Source of the DNA: Armatimonadota bacterium
GTDB taxonomy: Bacteria; Armatimonadota; Fimbriimonadia; Fimbriimonadales; GBS-DC
Assembly: GCA_037442365.1 (NCBI GenBank)
Contig: JBBIQK010000004.1
Span: forward strand, 12,326-76,325
Direction of reading: 5' to 3'
Length of the DNA: 64,000 nucleotides
Positions 20,130-28,470 of this stretch are shown one piece after another (position 1 is the first letter of the stretch; each line of letters begins with the position of its first letter). The position numbers were made by a program, and so were the translations under genes. The notes under the pieces are model-generated. The model searched no databases, was not told where the DNA came from, and saw only the letters and a program-made list of their open reading frames with translations.

Positions 20130-21059
20130 TTACCGTCTCCAGCTGAACGATCGAGGCGCGGGACGCGCCCCGGTGCTGGCGGCAGGGCGCGACGCGCCGC
20201 CCGTGCGCAACGCACTCTGCGCCAGCGACAGCAAGTAGCCCTTCAGCCGCTCCAGGTCGCGCAGCTCCACAATCGCCAGATACTGCACGCCCTGATTGAA
20301 CCGCACGCCGCTCACACGGTTGCGACGGCACAGCTTCGCCAGCTTGCCCGCAATCACCCAGTCGGCGGTCTTCTCGTCGATTTCGTCGCTCAACAGCGGC
20401 CCGATGCGCCGTATCCAGGTGTCCACAGGCTGCAGGTAGTGGTAGTCGCCCGCGTCAATCGTGCTTTCCAGGTCGTACAGGGCAACCATATCGCGCAGCA
20501 CCAGCGCGCCCACTTTGGGACCGATGCCCTTGATTTCGGTGATTTTCTGGTAGATTGGCTCCACGCGCCCCGACTGCACAATCGCCTGCTGGATGTCCAT
20601 CCAGATGTTGCCGATTTCGTCTTCGGCGTACAGGCGCGCGGCATAGCCCGCCAGCCCTTCAATCAGCCCGCGGTTGAGTTGCTCGTTGATTTTGCGCTGA
20701 TTTTCCTGGCACACCGCCACAAAGGCGTCCCAGAGTTGCTGGGGCGCGTTCCCCGACGCCAGAAACTTGCTGAAGTTTGCCTTATTCCCGTGCAATACCT
20801 TGTCCAGCGCCTGCAGGGCAAAGCCCGAATACTCGGCGCGGTCGTTGCCCCGCTTCGCGAAGGCGTAGTAGCCCAGCATCACGCGAAAGGCGTAGTAGGG
20901 GTCCGCCAGCGCGTCGCGCACCGCCTGACTATCGGGCAGCTGGATGCGCATCGCGCGCGCCATCTGCGGATAGAGCACCTCGTGCTGGAACTTCTCCGCC
21001 TTCTCACCTGCCAGGCGGTTCAGTATCGCCTCAACCTCCATCATCGTAAACTTAGCCAT
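20130..21059 (-). CDS. Hypothetical protein with helix-hairpin-helix / HhH-GPD-like motif (possible DNA glycosylase)
   Basis: ITEIKGIGPKVG..VLRD followed by QPVDTWIRRI. Strong RBS AGGAGG. Confidence 0.6.
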   Translation of the reverse strand: MAKFTMMEVEAILNRLAGEKAEKFQHEVLYPQMARAMRIQLPDSQAVRDALADPYYAFRVMLGYYAFAKRGNDRAEYSGFALQALDKVLHGNKANFSKFLASGNAPQQLWDAFVAVCQENQRKINEQLNRGLIEGLAGYAARLYAEDEIGNIWMDIQQAIVQSGRVEPIYQKITEIKGIGPKVGALVLRDMVALYDLESTIDAGDYHYLQPVDTWIRRIGPLLSDEIDEKTADWVIAGKLAKLCRRNRVSGVRFNQGVQYLAIVELRDLERLKGYLLSLAQSALRTGGASRPAASTGARPAPRSFSWRR

Positions 21060-21211
21060 TTGGCGCCTCCTGTTAATTTTTGATAGTTGTTGCCCATAAG
21101 TAAAAAATCTCGGAAGCTACTCCTTAGACGGCTGGAACCATCATGAGGTTAGGCTGAAACCCCATCCGTTGGGGTTCCCATAATTATTATACGGAAAATC
21201 GGGCGAAAAAT

Positions 21212-22333
21212 TCACCCGTAGCGCAGAAATTGCTCGCGTCGGCGTCGAAAGGCGTCCTCGTCACGGGCGCAGCGTTGCAGGATTCGCTCTGGCTCCGCGC
21301 CGTCCATCACCATCGCGTGTACCTCGCGGTTCGCCAGTAAGCCCAGCGATTTGTGCGCTTCCCACTCGCGTGGGTAAAGTTTGCGCAGGCAGTAGCCCAG
21401 TCCAATCCCGAAGGCGAAGGGGCGCAACTGCTCGCGGTTCGTGATGAAGATAGAGACGCCCTGACACTCGACGCCTCTGTAGACGCTGCTGGTAGGTGTG
21501 AAGACCATCGGCACGGCGCGTGCGCCTGCGCTCGTCGGCAGTTCGTTCAGCATCCCCGCCAGTGCGCGTCCGTCGATCCACGGCGCGCCCACCAGCTCGA
21601 AGGGGGTGTCCGTGCCGCGCCCGACCGACAGGTTCGTGCCCTCCCACACGCCCACGCCGATATACAGGAACGCCTGCTGCAGGCGGCGCATGTTGGGGGA
21701 TGGGTTCGTCCAGTAGAAGCCGCAGGCGTCGAGCGTCATGCTGCGTTTCCAGCCCTCGCAGGGCACAACCGTCAGCGCCGCGCCAATCCCACGCTCGGCG
21801 TTGAACATCTGCGCCAGTTCCCCGACGGTCATCCCATGCCGCAGGGCAATCGTATGGTAGGCGGTGAACGACAAGCGATCGGGGTCAGCTAAGGGACCCT
21901 CCACCTGCCCACCGATGGGGTTCACCCGATCCAGCACATAGAACGGGATTCCGCGCTCGGCGGCGGCTTCCATCGCCAGCCCCATCGTCGAGATGTAGGT
22001 GTAGTAGCGCGCGCCGATGTCCTGAATATCGAACACCAGCGCGTCGAGGTTCGCCAGCTGCTGCGGCGCAGGCTTTTTGCGCTCGCCGTAGAGGCTGTAA
22101 ATCGGCAAGCCTGTGCGTTCGTCGACGCCGTCGGGCACATTCTCATCGAGTTGTCCGCGGATGCCGTGTTCGGGGCTGAACAGCGCGCCAATCGACACGC
22201 CCAGCCGCCGCAACAGGTCTATCAAAGGCTCGCGCGTCGCGGTCAGCCCGGTGTGATTCGTAATCACGCCCACCCGCGCGCGGCGGAGCGGCTCCAGATG
22301 CGACTCCAGTCGGTCAATCCCGTTGCGTACCAT
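21212..22333 (-). CDS. DUF1343 / exo-beta-N-acetylmuramidase NamZ family
   Basis: RVGVITNHTG, LFSPEHG.RG, FDIQDIGARYYTY.STM, LDRVNP, RHGMTVGE, PSPNM, SVGRGT..PF. Confidence 0.9.
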   Translation of the reverse strand: MVRNGIDRLESHLEPLRRARVGVITNHTGLTATREPLIDLLRRLGVSIGALFSPEHGIRGQLDENVPDGVDERTGLPIYSLYGERKKPAPQQLANLDALVFDIQDIGARYYTYISTMGLAMEAAAERGIPFYVLDRVNPIGGQVEGPLADPDRLSFTAYHTIALRHGMTVGELAQMFNAERGIGAALTVVPCEGWKRSMTLDACGFYWTNPSPNMRRLQQAFLYIGVGVWEGTNLSVGRGTDTPFELVGAPWIDGRALAGMLNELPTSAGARAVPMVFTPTSSVYRGVECQGVSIFITNREQLRPFAFGIGLGYCLRKLYPREWEAHKSLGLLANREVHAMVMDGAEPERILQRCARDEDAFRRRREQFLRYG

Positions 22334-22433
22334 GCCTGCGCCTCCCTGCCGATTGCGTCGCGAATCCCTGCGCGAAACGGCAGGAACAGTATACCTCCGC
22401 ACGAATTGAGGACGCATCGGGGAGGTGTGCGCC

Positions 22434-22844
22434 ATGACAGACCAGAAATTCGCCGTGCTGAAGACCAAACTCCAGCAGGAGCCGAACCACGCCGATGTGA
22501 TGTACTACTTTTTCGATCACTTCGCCGACCATCATGCGTTTATTAAGATGAGTCAGCCCATCACAGACGAGGAGCGCTTGAAACCGATTCACGCGGTGCT
22601 GCTGCTCAATCTGCAGCTCCTGTTGGGCAAGCGGCAGGTTGCGCTGATTGCTCCGCTGGTGTTGTCTGTGCCCAAACATAAGCTACTGCACGGGGGGTTC
22701 CTCACGGAAGGGATGAGCGCCGGCGCGTTTTTCTACTATGAGGACATCGACATGGGGCTTGTAGGCGTCACGGGCGGTCCGCTGGGCAATCAGCTCCTGT
22801 CGGCGCGGTTCCAGCTTTCCATCAGCGCGCCTAATAGCGAATAG
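22434..22844 (+). CDS. Hypothetical protein
   Basis: RBS GGAGGT, 136-aa ORF filling the gap between genes. No family recognised. Confidence 0.7.
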   Translation: MTDQKFAVLKTKLQQEPNHADVMYYFFDHFADHHAFIKMSQPITDEERLKPIHAVLLLNLQLLLGKRQVALIAPLVLSVPKHKLLHGGFLTEGMSAGAFFYYEDIDMGLVGVTGGPLGNQLLSARFQLSISAPNSE

Positions 22845-23544
22845 CCATCCGCAGTCCGCGCGCATCGTATGCAGGGTCGCCGACGCACAGTTCCGACTCG
22901 CCCTGCAGATGGCGGCGCGCGCTCCATGCGAGGACGCAGGCGTCGAGCAGATCGTCCACGCCCGCCTGTCGGGGCGCGACTGCCGCACGGAACGTCGTCA
23001 GCAGCTCGTTGACCGACTCACCCAGCGCGTGCGACAGGGCGTCCCGCCGCGCTGTTTGACCTGCCGCCGTGCGCTTGGGTTCGCCAATCGGCGCGCCCGT
23101 GAGCGCCATGAAGCTCAACTCAGGGTGCGATTCCCACACGCGCGTTTGCAGGTCAGGCGTCAGTAGCGCATCCAGCTCGCGGATGCGCGGAATCAGGTGG
23201 TACGCCTGCACGCTCAAGCCCAGCGCGCGCAGGGGCGTGTACAATTCGGCGCGGAGCATTTCGCGCGTCGGCGGAATGAACACACAGCAGGCGCGTCTAC
23301 CGAGCTTCTGACGGGCAATCTGGTCGCAGGGGCGCATCCGCGCGCGCCCCGACTCGTACAGACCAATGGGCATATCGACGGCGATTGCCCTCGCGTCGGG
23401 ATGCGCCTCCAGCACCGCTGCGAAGCTGGGGTAGAGTGCGTACTCCAGCGTGAGGCGTTCGCCATCGTCGGTCAGGCGCACCGCCAGCCAGCCCGCCCGA
23501 CAGCCGTCCACACCCAGCGCGATGCGCCTATCCGCCGCAGCCAC
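22831..23544 (-). CDS. DUF429 family protein (predicted RNase H-like nuclease)
   Basis: LGVDGCRAGW, AVDMPIGL, ESHPELSF, DDLLDA. GTG start inferred. Confidence 0.85.
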   Translation of the reverse strand: MAAADRRIALGVDGCRAGWLAVRLTDDGERLTLEYALYPSFAAVLEAHPDARAIAVDMPIGLYESGRARMRPCDQIARQKLGRRACCVFIPPTREMLRAELYTPLRALGLSVQAYHLIPRIRELDALLTPDLQTRVWESHPELSFMALTGAPIGEPKRTAAGQTARRDALSHALGESVNELLTTFRAAVAPRQAGVDDLLDACVLAWSARRHLQGESELCVGDPAYDARGLRMAIRY

Positions 23545-24589
23545 TGCCGAAGTTGAACAGCACAATCAGCAGGTCGGCGTCGTCCACGAGGCTGTCGCCG
23601 TTCACATCGGCGGGGTTGCTCCCCGACGCGCCGAACGCAAACAACACCTGCAACAGGTCGGCGTCGTCCACGCAGCCGTCGCCGTCCACATCGCCCGCCC
23701 TGCGGAACGGCGTGTCGGTCGTCCACACGGGTCCTGCGGGGTCGCCCCCATAGCGCAGTTCGCCGTGGCTGGGACCGCCCGCCGCGCCTGAGCTGTCCAG
23801 AATCTGCGTCCCGCTACCCTCGTCGAAGTGATAGAGCGCGGCGGTGTGTGCGTCGGGCGTGAAGGGCTGACTCGGCGGCGTGAAGGCGCCGCTGTAGCGC
23901 AGGGTCGTCGACAGGCGCACCTCGTCCAGATAGCCGCTGAACGAGGGGTAGTTGCTGGGGTCGTAGTCGTGCTTCTCCGCGCCGAACACCAGAAACGGGT
24001 CGCTGAAGTTGCACGACTGCCCGCCCTGATAGCCGCAGCAGTCGCCGCAGGGTACGCCACTGTCGGGGTAAGAGATGTCGCCGTTGGGTCCGTCACCCTG
24101 CGCCTCCAGCACGCCGTCCACATAGAGCCACATGTAGCCGTCCAAGCGGCGGCGCTGCACGGCGATGTGATGCCACGCGCCGTCCAGCACATTCGAGGTT
24201 CCGCAAATCGTGAAGTCGCCCGTGCCGTTGCCGCTGACCCCGAACACAATCCGCCCACCCGCGACCGAGATTCCGAACTTACGATCCTGATTGAAGCGGT
24301 CGCGGTCAATAATGATGTTGCCGTAAATCCAGTCCACATTCGCACCGCAGGAGATGGGGCTGGTCGGGTTGTCGGCGAGCGTCCCTTTTAGCCAGAACTC
24401 TATCGTGAAATCCGTCGCGCCGATGTCCGCAGGCGGTCCGGGCAGGTTGTTGGCTGGGTCGTCGATGCGGATTTTGACGCGATCAATATCATCTCTGCCG
24501 TTGCCGTAAAATCGGAGCGAGTAGCCCTGCGCGTACACACTCGCACACGCGAGCAGCGCGCTCCACACACAGAAAGTCAGGCGTCGCAT
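23528..24589 (-). CDS. Secreted LamG/concanavalin-like domain protein with C-terminal dockerin-like repeat
   Basis: Signal peptide, FTIEFW, WHHIAV, LYVDG, GYLDEVRLS, LYHFDEG. Two GDV.GD..VDDADLL.VLF.FG repeats. Confidence 0.85.
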   Translation of the reverse strand: MRRLTFCVWSALLACASVYAQGYSLRFYGNGRDDIDRVKIRIDDPANNLPGPPADIGATDFTIEFWLKGTLADNPTSPISCGANVDWIYGNIIIDRDRFNQDRKFGISVAGGRIVFGVSGNGTGDFTICGTSNVLDGAWHHIAVQRRRLDGYMWLYVDGVLEAQGDGPNGDISYPDSGVPCGDCCGYQGGQSCNFSDPFLVFGAEKHDYDPSNYPSFSGYLDEVRLSTTLRYSGAFTPPSQPFTPDAHTAALYHFDEGSGTQILDSSGAAGGPSHGELRYGGDPAGPVWTTDTPFRRAGDVDGDGCVDDADLLQVLFAFGASGSNPADVNGDSLVDDADLLIVLFNFGSGCGG

Positions 24590-24608
24590 AGCGGTCTCTC
24601 CGTTCACA

Positions 24609-24623
24609 GGGCTATTATAGCCC
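24609..24623. promoter_or_regulatory. Perfect palindrome overlapping a -10 box between divergent genes
   Basis: GGGCTAT-T-ATAGCCC. Contains TATAAT on the minus strand (24615-24620). Confidence 0.45.
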
Positions 24624-24701
24624 AGTTGGCGCGCCGTTGCACCGGTGAAAACAGGTATTTTTTCTGTGATACAACCGATTGACGCAAGGCAGAATAGCAT
24701 T

Positions 24702-25493
24702 ATGAGAATTCTATGGCTGTTAGCGGGACTGCTGTTGATGGGCGCATACGCGCAAACATCGGAAACTGAAAATCTCTATCTTGCTGACGATGGCGCGCCC
24801 AATTTCTACAATATGCCGATGCCGGAAAGTCGTTCGCTCAAGATTGAGCGGAATTTCGCCAAGGGCGAGAAATATTGGCTGTTGGTTGTGTCGGACGGCG
24901 AATCCGAAGCTTCGCTCATGACGACTGTGTCCGATTCAGATGGGAAAGTTGTTGCTCGCGCTATTAAGGCGGAACCCGCAACTGTAGTCGAGCTTGTCCC
25001 TGAGCAGAGCGGAACCTACACCATCCAGTGTACTACAGACGCGCAGAGAAGCGACACTAAAGTGCTTATTTCTGTATACACCCCCGACAAGAAATCTCCG
25101 AAAGATTTTGAAAGTATGCTCAAATTTTTCAGGGAGATTACAGCGGCTCGCACGCAGGTAATAGAAACTATGTCTAAAGAAAACATATCTATAACTCTGC
25201 ACTCGCAATATGCGAGCGTCGTTCATCGGGGAAAGCCGCACACCTGGACGATAGATGTACCTGCGGGCATCTATTCTGTCTCCATCTTTGTTGACGACAT
25301 GAAGTCCCCTATTCGGGCAGAGGTGGTTGCAGAGGGGGGTGAAGTCAAAGAGGCAGCGAGAAATCCTGGAGGCTGCTCTTATGCCTTGGTGCTGCAGAAA
25401 CCCACTCGCGTCCGTGTGACTCTTGACGCCAACCTGGAAGGCTCCAACGCCTATGCTTCCATCTATATAGATGCCGTCGCGCATAAAGAGTAA
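24702..25493 (+). CDS. Low-GC secreted hypothetical protein
   Basis: Signal peptide MRILWLLAGLLLMGAYA and AT-rich codon usage. Confidence 0.8.
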   Translation: MRILWLLAGLLLMGAYAQTSETENLYLADDGAPNFYNMPMPESRSLKIERNFAKGEKYWLLVVSDGESEASLMTTVSDSDGKVVARAIKAEPATVVELVPEQSGTYTIQCTTDAQRSDTKVLISVYTPDKKSPKDFESMLKFFREITAARTQVIETMSKENISITLHSQYASVVHRGKPHTWTIDVPAGIYSVSIFVDDMKSPIRAEVVAEGGEVKEAARNPGGCSYALVLQKPTRVRVTLDANLEGSNAYASIYIDAVAHKE

Positions 25494-25514
25494 AGAGTCT
25501 CTCTGACGCGCTTG

Positions 25515-25658
25515 GTTGCACCCGTTCGTGGGGGTGGTAAGGATTGAAGTTTACTGCCCTCACGGACGGGTGAAGCATTGAAACAGACACACCGTCCATC
25601 GCAATCCGCACGCCAACGGTTGCGCCCGCTTGTGGGAGTCTGCCAATCGGTATGAAAC
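25515..25658 (+). CRISPR. Degenerate orphan CRISPR mini-array (type I-C-like repeats)
   Basis: R1 GTTGCACCCGTTCGTGGGGGTGGTAAGGATTGAAG (25515-25549). R2 GTTTACTGCCCTCACGGACGGGTGAAGCATTGAAAC (25549-25584). 34-nt spacer. R3 GTTGCGCCCGCTTGTGGGAGTCTGCCAATCGGTATGAAAC (25619-25658). Confidence 0.6.
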
Positions 25659-25703
25659 AAGCCTTGAACAGGAACCCCGCACTTTCGCGCGAATCCATGT
25701 TGT

Positions 25704-27332
25704 ATGCGCTTTGCGTCTCTCTGGCTTACCGCGTTGCTGTTGCTGGGCGCGACGCTTCGCCCACCCGCGCCGATTGCCGTCGAGAGTCACTTGTTGCCTA
25801 TGCGCGACGGCGTGCGCCTGGCGACCGATGTGTACCTGCCGCAGGGACAGCCGCCGTTCCCCGTGATTCTCATCCGCACGCCCTATGACAAGAGCGCGCT
25901 CAAGCCCATCGGCGAGGACGGCGCGCGGCGCGGCTACGCCGTCGTGATTCAGGACACGCGCGGACGATTTGCCTCCGAAGGCGCGAACCTGCCGTTTGAA
26001 GGCGACGGCTGGTGGGAGAACCGCGCCGACGGCGTCGACACGGTGCAGTGGGTTGCCCGCCAGCGCTGGTGCAACGGCAAAATCGGCACTTGGGGCGGCT
26101 CCGCGCTGGGGATTAATCAGCTGATGCTTGCGGGCGCGGGAGCGCGACCACTGACCTGTCAGCACATCACTGTCGCCGAGCCGAACCTGCATCAGGCGCT
26201 GTTTCCGGGCGGGGTGTTCAAAAAGTCGCTGGTGGAGGACTGGCTGCGCGCCACCCGGCACGCGCCCGATGCGCTGACGCACTGGACGCGCCACCCCGCC
26301 TACGACGCCTTCTGGCAGGCGCGGGATGTGAACCGCCGCTATCGGCAGGTCGACGCGCCTGCCGTGCATATCGGCGGCTACTACGACATCTTCGCACAGG
26401 GTACGATTGACGCTTTCGTCGGCTACCAGACGCGCGGCGGACGGAACGCGCGCGGCAAGCAGAAGCTGCTGATGGGACCCTGGACGCACGGCGTGCTGCA
26501 AAAACGGGTCGGCGCGCTGGAGTTCCCCAACGCCGACCAGCCGCCATGCACCTTCCACGACCCGTGGCGCTGGTTCGAACGCTATCTGAAGGGCGTCGAG
26601 AACGGGGTAGACCGCGAGCCGACGGTGGTGTATTATGTGATGGGCGCGGTGGGCGAGCCGAACGCGCCGGGCAACGAGTGGCGCACAGCAGACCGCTGGC
26701 CGCCGCTGCCCACCCGTCCGACCGCACTCTACCTGCACGACGACCGCACGCTGGCGTTCCGCAAGCCCGCGCGCGGCGCGCCGCTGACCTACACCTACGA
26801 CCCGCAGAACCCCGCGCCGACGATTGGCGGACGCGAGTTGAGCCTGCCCGCAGGACCGCGCGACCAGCGCGCGCTCGAATCGCGCCCTGATGTGCTGGTG
26901 TTCACCAGCGCGCCGCTCCAGCAGCCGCTCGAAATCGTCGGGCGGGTGAAGGCGGTGCTGTATGTCCGCAGCGACGCGCCCGACACCGACTTCATTGTGC
27001 GCCTGTGCGATGTGTACCCCGATGGGCGCTCCTACAACATCGCGGAGGGCGCGCTGCGCATGCGCTACCGCGAGTCGCTCACGCGCGAACGGCTGATGCG
27101 TTCGGGCGAGGTGTATCGGGTGGAGGTGGATTTGTGGACGACGGCGATGGTGTTCAACGCGGGGCATCGGCTGCGCGTGCATATTACCTCCAGCAGCGCG
27201 CCGGGCTACGACCCGAACCCGAACACGGGCGAACCGTTCCGCGCCAGCCCGCGCACACGCCCCGCACAGAACACTCTCTACTGCGACCCAACGCGGGCGA
27301 GCCATCTCGTGCTGCCTGTGGTGATGCGTTGA
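25704..27332 (+). CDS. CocE/NonD family serine hydrolase (Xaa-Pro dipeptidyl-peptidase-like)
   Basis: MRDGVRLATDVYLP, RTPY, QDTRGRF.SEG, G.WGGS nucleophile elbow, GGYYD, GPWTH. Confidence 0.92.
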   Translation: MRFASLWLTALLLLGATLRPPAPIAVESHLLPMRDGVRLATDVYLPQGQPPFPVILIRTPYDKSALKPIGEDGARRGYAVVIQDTRGRFASEGANLPFEGDGWWENRADGVDTVQWVARQRWCNGKIGTWGGSALGINQLMLAGAGARPLTCQHITVAEPNLHQALFPGGVFKKSLVEDWLRATRHAPDALTHWTRHPAYDAFWQARDVNRRYRQVDAPAVHIGGYYDIFAQGTIDAFVGYQTRGGRNARGKQKLLMGPWTHGVLQKRVGALEFPNADQPPCTFHDPWRWFERYLKGVENGVDREPTVVYYVMGAVGEPNAPGNEWRTADRWPPLPTRPTALYLHDDRTLAFRKPARGAPLTYTYDPQNPAPTIGGRELSLPAGPRDQRALESRPDVLVFTSAPLQQPLEIVGRVKAVLYVRSDAPDTDFIVRLCDVYPDGRSYNIAEGALRMRYRESLTRERLMRSGEVYRVEVDLWTTAMVFNAGHRLRVHITSSSAPGYDPNPNTGEPFRASPRTRPAQNTLYCDPTRASHLVLPVVMR

Positions 27333-27336
27333 GAAA

Positions 27337-28455
27337 CTAACGATTCCGATTCGCTTCCAGTTGCTTGCGGCGCAGGCGGCGCGGCTTGAGGTACTGACGG
27401 TTCCACGCGAAAATCAGCGTCAGCGTGAGCGCAATCCCCGTCAGCGGCAGCACGAAATACTGCATTGCCAGCGTATACTCGTCCAGCGCGTCGTGATGGC
27501 TGGAGTAGAGAATCAGGTAGATGGTGTAGGCGAGGTAGTAGCCCACAAACAGCGCGCCCTCCCAGCGCTTGATTTGGAAGCCGTTGAAGAAGACGGGGAA
27601 GCACGCCAGCGAGACGGCAATCATCACCAGCGCGTCGAACCGCAGCACAGCAGGCGCAACCGTCATCCCATCAGGCGCAACGAGGCTGCTGAAGCCCAGC
27701 ACCGACAGGATGTTGAAGATGTTGCTGCCGACCACATTGCCCACCGAGATGTCGCGTTCGCCGCGCATGCTGGCAATCACGGAGGTCGCCAGTTCGGGCA
27801 GGGAGGTGCCGACCGCCACAACCGTCAGCCCAATCACCAGTTCGCTCACGCCGAGCGCGCGCGCCGCCGCGACCGCGCCCTGAATGAGCCATTCCGACCC
27901 CAGCACCAGCCCCGCCAGCCCCGCGACAATCAGCCCCACGAGCTTGAGATAGGTCCAGCTGTTGCGCGGAATCGCGCCCGCCTCTTCCAGCTCCTCCTCC
28001 AGCAGCGTCTCCGAGCGCGCCGTGCGCGCCATCCAGACCAGATACGCGGTAAAAACGCCTATCAGCACCCCGCCGTCCAGGCGCGTCAGCTTGCCGTCAT
28101 ACGCCAGCGCGAAAAAGAGCAGCGCGGTGCCAATCATCATCGGCACTTCGATCTTGATAAGGCGCACGCTCACCGCCAGCGGCGCGACCACCGCCGACAA
28201 GCCCAGAATCAGCAGAATGTTCACGATGTTGCTGCCGACCACATTGCCGACGGCAATATCGGGCTGACCGCGATAGGCGGAGAGCACCGACACGGCAAGC
28301 TCGGGCGCGCTTGTGCCAAACGCGACCACACTCAGCCCAATCACCACGGGCGGCACGCCCAGCAGCGACGCGAGCCGCGATGCGCCCCGCACCAGCCACT
28401 CGCCGCCGCCAATCAGTAGCAGCAGCCCCGGAACAATCAGCCAGATTTTCTCCAA
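27337..28455 (-). CDS. Calcium/sodium antiporter (YrbG / CaCA family)
   Basis: Two alpha repeats: FGTSAPEL..GNVVGSNI and VGTSLPEL..GNVVGSNIFN. Confidence 0.93.
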   Translation of the reverse strand: MEKIWLIVPGLLLLIGGGEWLVRGASRLASLLGVPPVVIGLSVVAFGTSAPELAVSVLSAYRGQPDIAVGNVVGSNIVNILLILGLSAVVAPLAVSVRLIKIEVPMMIGTALLFFALAYDGKLTRLDGGVLIGVFTAYLVWMARTARSETLLEEELEEAGAIPRNSWTYLKLVGLIVAGLAGLVLGSEWLIQGAVAAARALGVSELVIGLTVVAVGTSLPELATSVIASMRGERDISVGNVVGSNIFNILSVLGFSSLVAPDGMTVAPAVLRFDALVMIAVSLACFPVFFNGFQIKRWEGALFVGYYLAYTIYLILYSSHHDALDEYTLAMQYFVLPLTGIALTLTLIFAWNRQYLKPRRLRRKQLEANRNR

Positions 28456-28470
28456 CGCCCTGCGCGCCTC

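Noticed and set aside
21140-21180. Similarity of the HhH-gene leader to the c-di-AMP (ydaO) riboswitch (GGGAACCCCA...TGGGG and TCAGCCTAACCTC)
   Set aside because: The 5' P1/P2 and the central GAAUC/GUAGGG segments are absent, so only fragments match.
21173-21200. dif-like GGTTCCCATAATTATTATACGG
   Set aside because: Spacer and right arm do not fit dif; better explained as a -10 region.
25560-27305. Long antisense ORFs (e.g. 25560-27305, 57811-59985, 2571-4439, 43275-44777, 12676 upstream extension)
   Set aside because: Shadow ORFs typical of high-GC genomes, lying opposite well-supported genes, with no recognisable motifs.
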